Assembly: GCA_021648085.1 (NCBI GenBank)
Contig: JAKITS010000001.1
Span: 746,759 to 810,758, forward strand
DNA from: Candidatus Magasanikiibacteriota bacterium
GTDB taxonomy: Bacteria; Patescibacteriota; Patescibacteriia; Magasanikbacterales; UBA922
DNA: 64,000 nt
Direction of reading: 5' to 3'
Shown: piece by piece, positions 60,056 through 64,000 of the stretch
Layout: each line of letters begins with the position of its first letter
Numbering within the stretch: the stretch's first letter is position 1
Translations under genes and position numbers: made by a program
The notes under the pieces: model-generated
What the model saw: the letters and a program-made list of their open reading frames with translations, nothing else
What the model was told of the DNA's origin: nothing
Databases searched by the model: none

Positions 60056-61132
60056 ATGGAAGTTTTACTAACTGTTGGTTTCGTTGTCTTACTAATTATT
60101 TGTGTAGGTTTAGCAATAATTCTACATAAACAAACAAAAAAAAGTGGTGGAAACAACGAACAAGTCTTCTCAATGCTTCAAAATCAAATACAGGAACTAA
60201 ATAGAACTTTAGACACAAAAATAGGTGAGTCGAACAAATCTATAAGCGATTCACAAAAACACCTTCACAACACAATTCAACTACAATTTGGGCAAAGTTC
60301 AAAGATAATTGGCGAGGTTTCCGAGAGGCTCACAAAACTGGACGAGACAAATAAGCAAGTGGTTGGGTTTGCACAACAACTCCAAAGCTTGGAAAATATT
60401 CTAAAAAACCCAAAACAAAGGGGGATACTGGGCGAATATTTCTTGGAAACAACCTTAAAAAATGTTTTACCTCCAAATTCATATAAAATGCAGTATAAAT
60501 TTAAAGATGGAAATATTGTTGATGCTGCGATTTTTTTGCCAAACAACAAGATTGTACCGGTAGACTCCAAATTTAGCCTAGAAAACTATAATAGACTAGT
60601 TGTGGAGAAAGATCCAACGCGTAAACTTCAATGGGAGAAGCAACTTAAACAAGATTTGAAAAATAGAATCGATGAAACTGCAAAATATATTAAACCGTCT
60701 GAAGACACTATGGATTTTGCTTTGATGTTTATTCCGTCCGAAGGAATTTATTACGATTTACTAATTAGTACAGTTGGAGCTGTGGATACTCACGATTTGA
60801 TTGAATATGCTTTCAATAAAAAACATGTGATAATAGTGTCGCCAACAAACTTTTATGCTTATTTGCAAACCATAATGCAAGGAATGCGCGCACTGAAAAT
60901 AGAAGAAAGTGCAAAAGAAATAAGAAAAAATGTAGAAAAGTTGAGAAAACATCTCGTAACTTACGAGGATCAAATGCGAAAATTGGGAGGGCATATGCAA
61001 ACTTCTGTAAATTTTTACAATAGAAGTTACAAAGAATTTGGGAAAATAGATAAAGATGTAATGAAAATAACTGGCGCCGAAAAAATGTTAGACGATGTAC
61101 CACAGTTAGATGGAGTACAGGTTGATGATTAG
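60056..61132 (+). CDS. rmuC: DNA recombination protein RmuC
   Basis: 358 aa. It has an N-terminal TM helix, a long coiled coil and the RmuC C-terminal nuclease-like domain (GILGEYFLETTLKNVLPPNSYKMQYKF ... DAAIFLPNNKIVPVDSKF ... MFIPSEGIYYD). A bidirectional terminator lies at 61300-61340. Confidence 0.8.
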   Translation: MEVLLTVGFVVLLIICVGLAIILHKQTKKSGGNNEQVFSMLQNQIQELNRTLDTKIGESNKSISDSQKHLHNTIQLQFGQSSKIIGEVSERLTKLDETNKQVVGFAQQLQSLENILKNPKQRGILGEYFLETTLKNVLPPNSYKMQYKFKDGNIVDAAIFLPNNKIVPVDSKFSLENYNRLVVEKDPTRKLQWEKQLKQDLKNRIDETAKYIKPSEDTMDFALMFIPSEGIYYDLLISTVGAVDTHDLIEYAFNKKHVIIVSPTNFYAYLQTIMQGMRALKIEESAKEIRKNVEKLRKHLVTYEDQMRKLGGHMQTSVNFYNRSYKEFGKIDKDVMKITGAEKMLDDVPQLDGVQVDD

Positions 61133-61356
61133 TAAAACAAACACGAGATATTTCAATTTTTTTTATTTTGTTCAATATGACGTAAGTTATTGTTGTCATC
61201 CTCAGCTCGACTAAAAATCCAGGGTCTACAAAAATGACAGAAGAGAAAGGTGTTTTTAACTCCAAATTCCTGATTAGCTCGAGAATAATAATATAGAATT
61301 AATATAAAAAAAACGATAGTTTAAATGACTATCGTTTTTTTATTTTGTGTAATTGT

Positions 61357-62109
61357 TTATTTTGTAAACAAAAGTGAATTTAATATGCCTTTGAGTATTG
61401 GCTCCATATCTTTTCCGCCTTCATCAAATCCAAATCTAAACATATATTCCTGACTATTAAAATCTTTTACAACATTACTTCCAATTTGGATTTTTCCATC
61501 TGTATTTTGCTCATTTACAAGAATTTTTTCTATTGAATTTACAACAATCTTTCCAGTAGAATTCATTGACAAATCATAAGTTTTATCATAGAAAAATGGT
61601 CCATATCCGTCTGGATTTATATCTATATTAAAATAGGTATTTTCCGTTCCAGAAATATCAATAAGTGTAATTTGATACCAATTTTTTGCACTTGAATTTC
61701 CAGAATATATTACTTTTACAGCATCTTTTACTATTGCAAAACCCTCTGGATAAGAAAAAGAAAATCCATAACTATCATTTGTGTAAACTTTCCAATTACT
61801 TGTATTAATAGCCAAATACTTCGTCTCTAGCACATCTTTTTTTATTACATTTAGTGTTTTTGATGTTTCAGCTACTTCTGGAATAACACCAACATCTTCT
61901 TTATTTTTATTCAATTCTTTTATTTGCGTTTGTAGTTCTTGAATTTGTGTTTGAAAAGCTTTTTCTGTATTTTTTGTACTAAGTTGTTGCAAAAAATACA
62001 TTCCAATTCCTACAATTAAAGCTGTAAGTAAAATAGACAAAACTAAAATCCAAATATTTTTTGGATTGTTGTACGATTGATTTATTTCTGTTTGTATTTC
62101 TTCATTCAT
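61357..62109 (-). CDS. hypothetical membrane-anchored protein (N-terminal TM helix, coiled coil, beta-rich C-terminal domain)
   Basis: The TM helix is IWILVLSILLTALIVGIGMYFL. The coiled coil is TEKAFQTQIQELQTQIKELNKNKE. No family assignment. Confidence 0.4.
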   Translation of the reverse strand: MNEEIQTEINQSYNNPKNIWILVLSILLTALIVGIGMYFLQQLSTKNTEKAFQTQIQELQTQIKELNKNKEDVGVIPEVAETSKTLNVIKKDVLETKYLAINTSNWKVYTNDSYGFSFSYPEGFAIVKDAVKVIYSGNSSAKNWYQITLIDISGTENTYFNIDINPDGYGPFFYDKTYDLSMNSTGKIVVNSIEKILVNEQNTDGKIQIGSNVVKDFNSQEYMFRFGFDEGGKDMEPILKGILNSLLFTK

Positions 62110-62372
62110 ATTTTTGTATTAATTATAAAATAGTATAACAAATTCTATTATTTTATAAAAATACTTCGCAAAAATACGAAGTGTTTTTATATCCTCAAAT
62201 CGACCAGCATGATCTTGCGAAAACTGCTTTACAAGGAGAGAGAGAGAGTTCAATTAAGAACAATTTGTAACGCTATTTGCGCGCGATCTCTCCAACAAAA
62301 AATGCTGAATTACTGGCCGATTTGAAAATATAAATGATAGAGTTTTTACTGAACAGAGCAAAATATTTTTTG

Positions 62373-62495
62373 TTCACGTCATATTGAGCGTAGTGAAACG
62401 GAGTCGAAATATCTCGTGTTTGTTTCACTATTTTTTGTTTTTGTGATACTTTCGCGAGATCCTTCGACTTCGCTCAGGATGGCGTGTGTATTTTT
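62373..62495. mobile_element. MITE family A copy
   Basis: TCACGTCATATTGAGCGTAGTGAAACGGAGTCGAAATATCTCGTGTTTGTTTCACTATTTTTTGTTTTTGTGATACTTTCGCGAGATCCTTCGACTTCGCTCAGGATGGCGTG. Confidence 0.7.
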
Positions 62496-62720
62496 TATAT
62501 TTGATTTTAAATAATAATATATACTTTGTTGAGAACTCAACCTTTTGGTTAAAAACTCAATGAAGTCCTCCAATTTTACTGTGTGTAAAATTGGAGGAAT
62601 GTTTCTGTGCTATTTATTCCTTGTTGTGCAACAAGCTGGTTAAACGAACCAGTTGGGATATGAACTACCTCCTTTTTCTCACGAATCCCGTTGTGAGGAA
62701 GGGTTGATCTTTTTTTGCGC

Positions 62721-63938
62721 TCAATGATTATTGAACATCGCCTGAAGATCATTCAGACTTCGATTGCCTTTGGAAGTTTGTTGCGCTGGCTTATTAACTT
62801 TTGCAACTTTCTTTTTTCCATTACTTTTACTCTTCACGACAGTTGTCGAGTCAAGATAAGTAATAGCCAACTGCAACCACAAATCCAAGTCTCTGGCGCG
62901 ACCCAAAGAAAAGAATTCGTCTCCCTGACAACACCAATCTAAATTGGATACTTTGTCAGCGATTGCGTCTTGCCGGCGAGCGCGTCCATAAGGAGCGTTC
63001 AGTTCGCCGTTAAAGATTTGTGTAGCTTTTTCTTTGCTACCCAAAATCTCAACAACTTTGTCGGCAAACGCACGAATCTGACGCGCCTGATCAAGATTAT
63101 CGCCATTCTCCCGAAGGATTACAGCAATTACCTCTTGTTCAAGCTCCAGATCCGCTTCCAACTTTTCAAACAGCACCTCAACTTCAGTGATAATCACTTT
63201 AGTTTCAGCAATCCATTTGGAAAGCTCTTCGACCGAAGATGATAGATAGCAATACCTTCTATCTCCAGCCTGTTTTTTGGAGTCACACTCTTTCAAATCA
63301 TACCAACCTTTACGGCCAATAAGTTTTCCGAGTGTTTCTTGAAGCTTTTTAGCTTCAAATTTCCCACGATTCTGAATCTTCAACTCTGCGAGCTGAAGAA
63401 CAGAATTTTGGAAAACCTCCTTCGCCTCGTTGAGATCCTTAACTCTCTTATTCTCGAAGATTCCATAACTGGAACTCCAAATAAGAGTACTATAAATAAA
63501 GAGATCTTCTCCTGTCACAACACACTGTCCGTAAACAGAGGTCACAAAAGGAATTGAAGAGTCTTCATCCAATAGTTCAGGAAACTTAACTTCTGGCTTT
63601 TTGTTGCCACCCAAAAACTCATGCCACTGATCAACATTAAGATATTCGCACATCTTTTTCTTGAGCGTAGGCACATCAGTTTCCTTGAAAGTTGCATAAT
63701 AGCCGAAACTAGCAACAACTTCCAACAGACGACCGCCAGGAAGGCGAACACCCTCGTCCGACAATTGGATCCAGCTATTCGCCTTCACCATCTCATCGGT
63801 AAGTTTCACTTGAGGAATATCAAAACTATTATTATAGTCACGATACTTCACCACAAGATCACTTCCGAAAAGGTTGATTGTGTCTGGATTTTCACCCAAA
63901 ACCAATTCAACAAGCTCCTCGTCGAGAGCCGGAAGCAA
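62721..63938 (-). CDS. hypothetical protein encoded in a GC-rich island; the 5' end may extend past the window edge
   Basis: The ORF of at least 405 aa begins at a TTG and has no in-frame stop upstream as far as position 64000. Local GC is markedly higher (about 45-50%) than the window average (about 30%). No recognisable domains. Confidence 0.4.
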   Translation of the reverse strand: MLPALDEELVELVLGENPDTINLFGSDLVVKYRDYNNSFDIPQVKLTDEMVKANSWIQLSDEGVRLPGGRLLEVVASFGYYATFKETDVPTLKKKMCEYLNVDQWHEFLGGNKKPEVKFPELLDEDSSIPFVTSVYGQCVVTGEDLFIYSTLIWSSSYGIFENKRVKDLNEAKEVFQNSVLQLAELKIQNRGKFEAKKLQETLGKLIGRKGWYDLKECDSKKQAGDRRYCYLSSSVEELSKWIAETKVIITEVEVLFEKLEADLELEQEVIAVILRENGDNLDQARQIRAFADKVVEILGSKEKATQIFNGELNAPYGRARRQDAIADKVSNLDWCCQGDEFFSLGRARDLDLWLQLAITYLDSTTVVKSKSNGKKKVAKVNKPAQQTSKGNRSLNDLQAMFNNH

Positions 63939-64000
63939 AATTGCTCCCGGATTTTTGATCTCGCGCGCGCACTTTGCTCCGTCGAGTTGAGCGAGGTAAA

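Overview
This is a 64-kb window that is AT-rich (about 30% GC by eye) and almost entirely coding, apart from heavily repeat-laden intergenic spacers. The gene content points to a small-genome, host-associated bacterium, plausibly a Candidate Phyla Radiation (Patescibacteria)-type organism. This is inferred from six clustered paralogs of a VirB2/TrbC-fold 'T4SS-pilin-like' membrane protein, two giant surface proteins (about 2100 and 3357 aa) with LVIVD beta-propeller repeats, an anaerobic class III ribonucleotide reductase, and a minimal housekeeping set. Recognisable genes are: a RimK-like ATP-grasp ligase; a SpoU-family RNA methyltransferase; a Xer-type tyrosine recombinase; an HlyD-type periplasmic adaptor; an SPFH/band-7 protein; a class II Fic protein; nrdD with a detached glycyl-radical segment; nrdG; a GT28 glycosyltransferase of the UgtP/MGDG-synthase type; galU; rpsF-ssb-rpsR; a UPF0020 RNA methyltransferase; ychF; rmuC; and three tRNAs (Arg-TCT, His-GTG with encoded G-1, Arg-CCT). 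The most striking feature is at least three families of short non-autonomous elements with inverted-repeat termini (MITE-like), about 125-150 bp each, inserted in nearly every intergenic spacer. Family A alone occupies more than 20 loci, often as tandem or nested copies. No transposase gene is present in the window. The most interesting items are: (i) the pilin-like paralog cluster fused to variable Cys-rich or Thr/Pro-rich modules, in an operon with an orphan sugar-binding protein and galU; (ii) nrdD interrupted about 12 residues before the glycyl-radical motif by a roughly 300-nt intervening sequence that carries a 158-bp element flanked by a 14-bp inverted repeat, which could be an intron or a MITE disruption; (iii) a textbook pair of NrdR boxes upstream of nrdD; (iv) a dense DnaA-box cluster at 59.4-59.8 kb that is an oriC candidate; (v) an 87-codon GIY-YIG nuclease gene carrying a single in-frame TAA; (vi) near-identical 100-200 bp DNA repeats inside the 10-kb giant gene, implying a recent internal duplication; and (vii) two GC-rich islands (37.4-38.5 kb and 62.1-64 kb) that are probably horizontally acquired. 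No CRISPR arrays or rRNA genes were detected.
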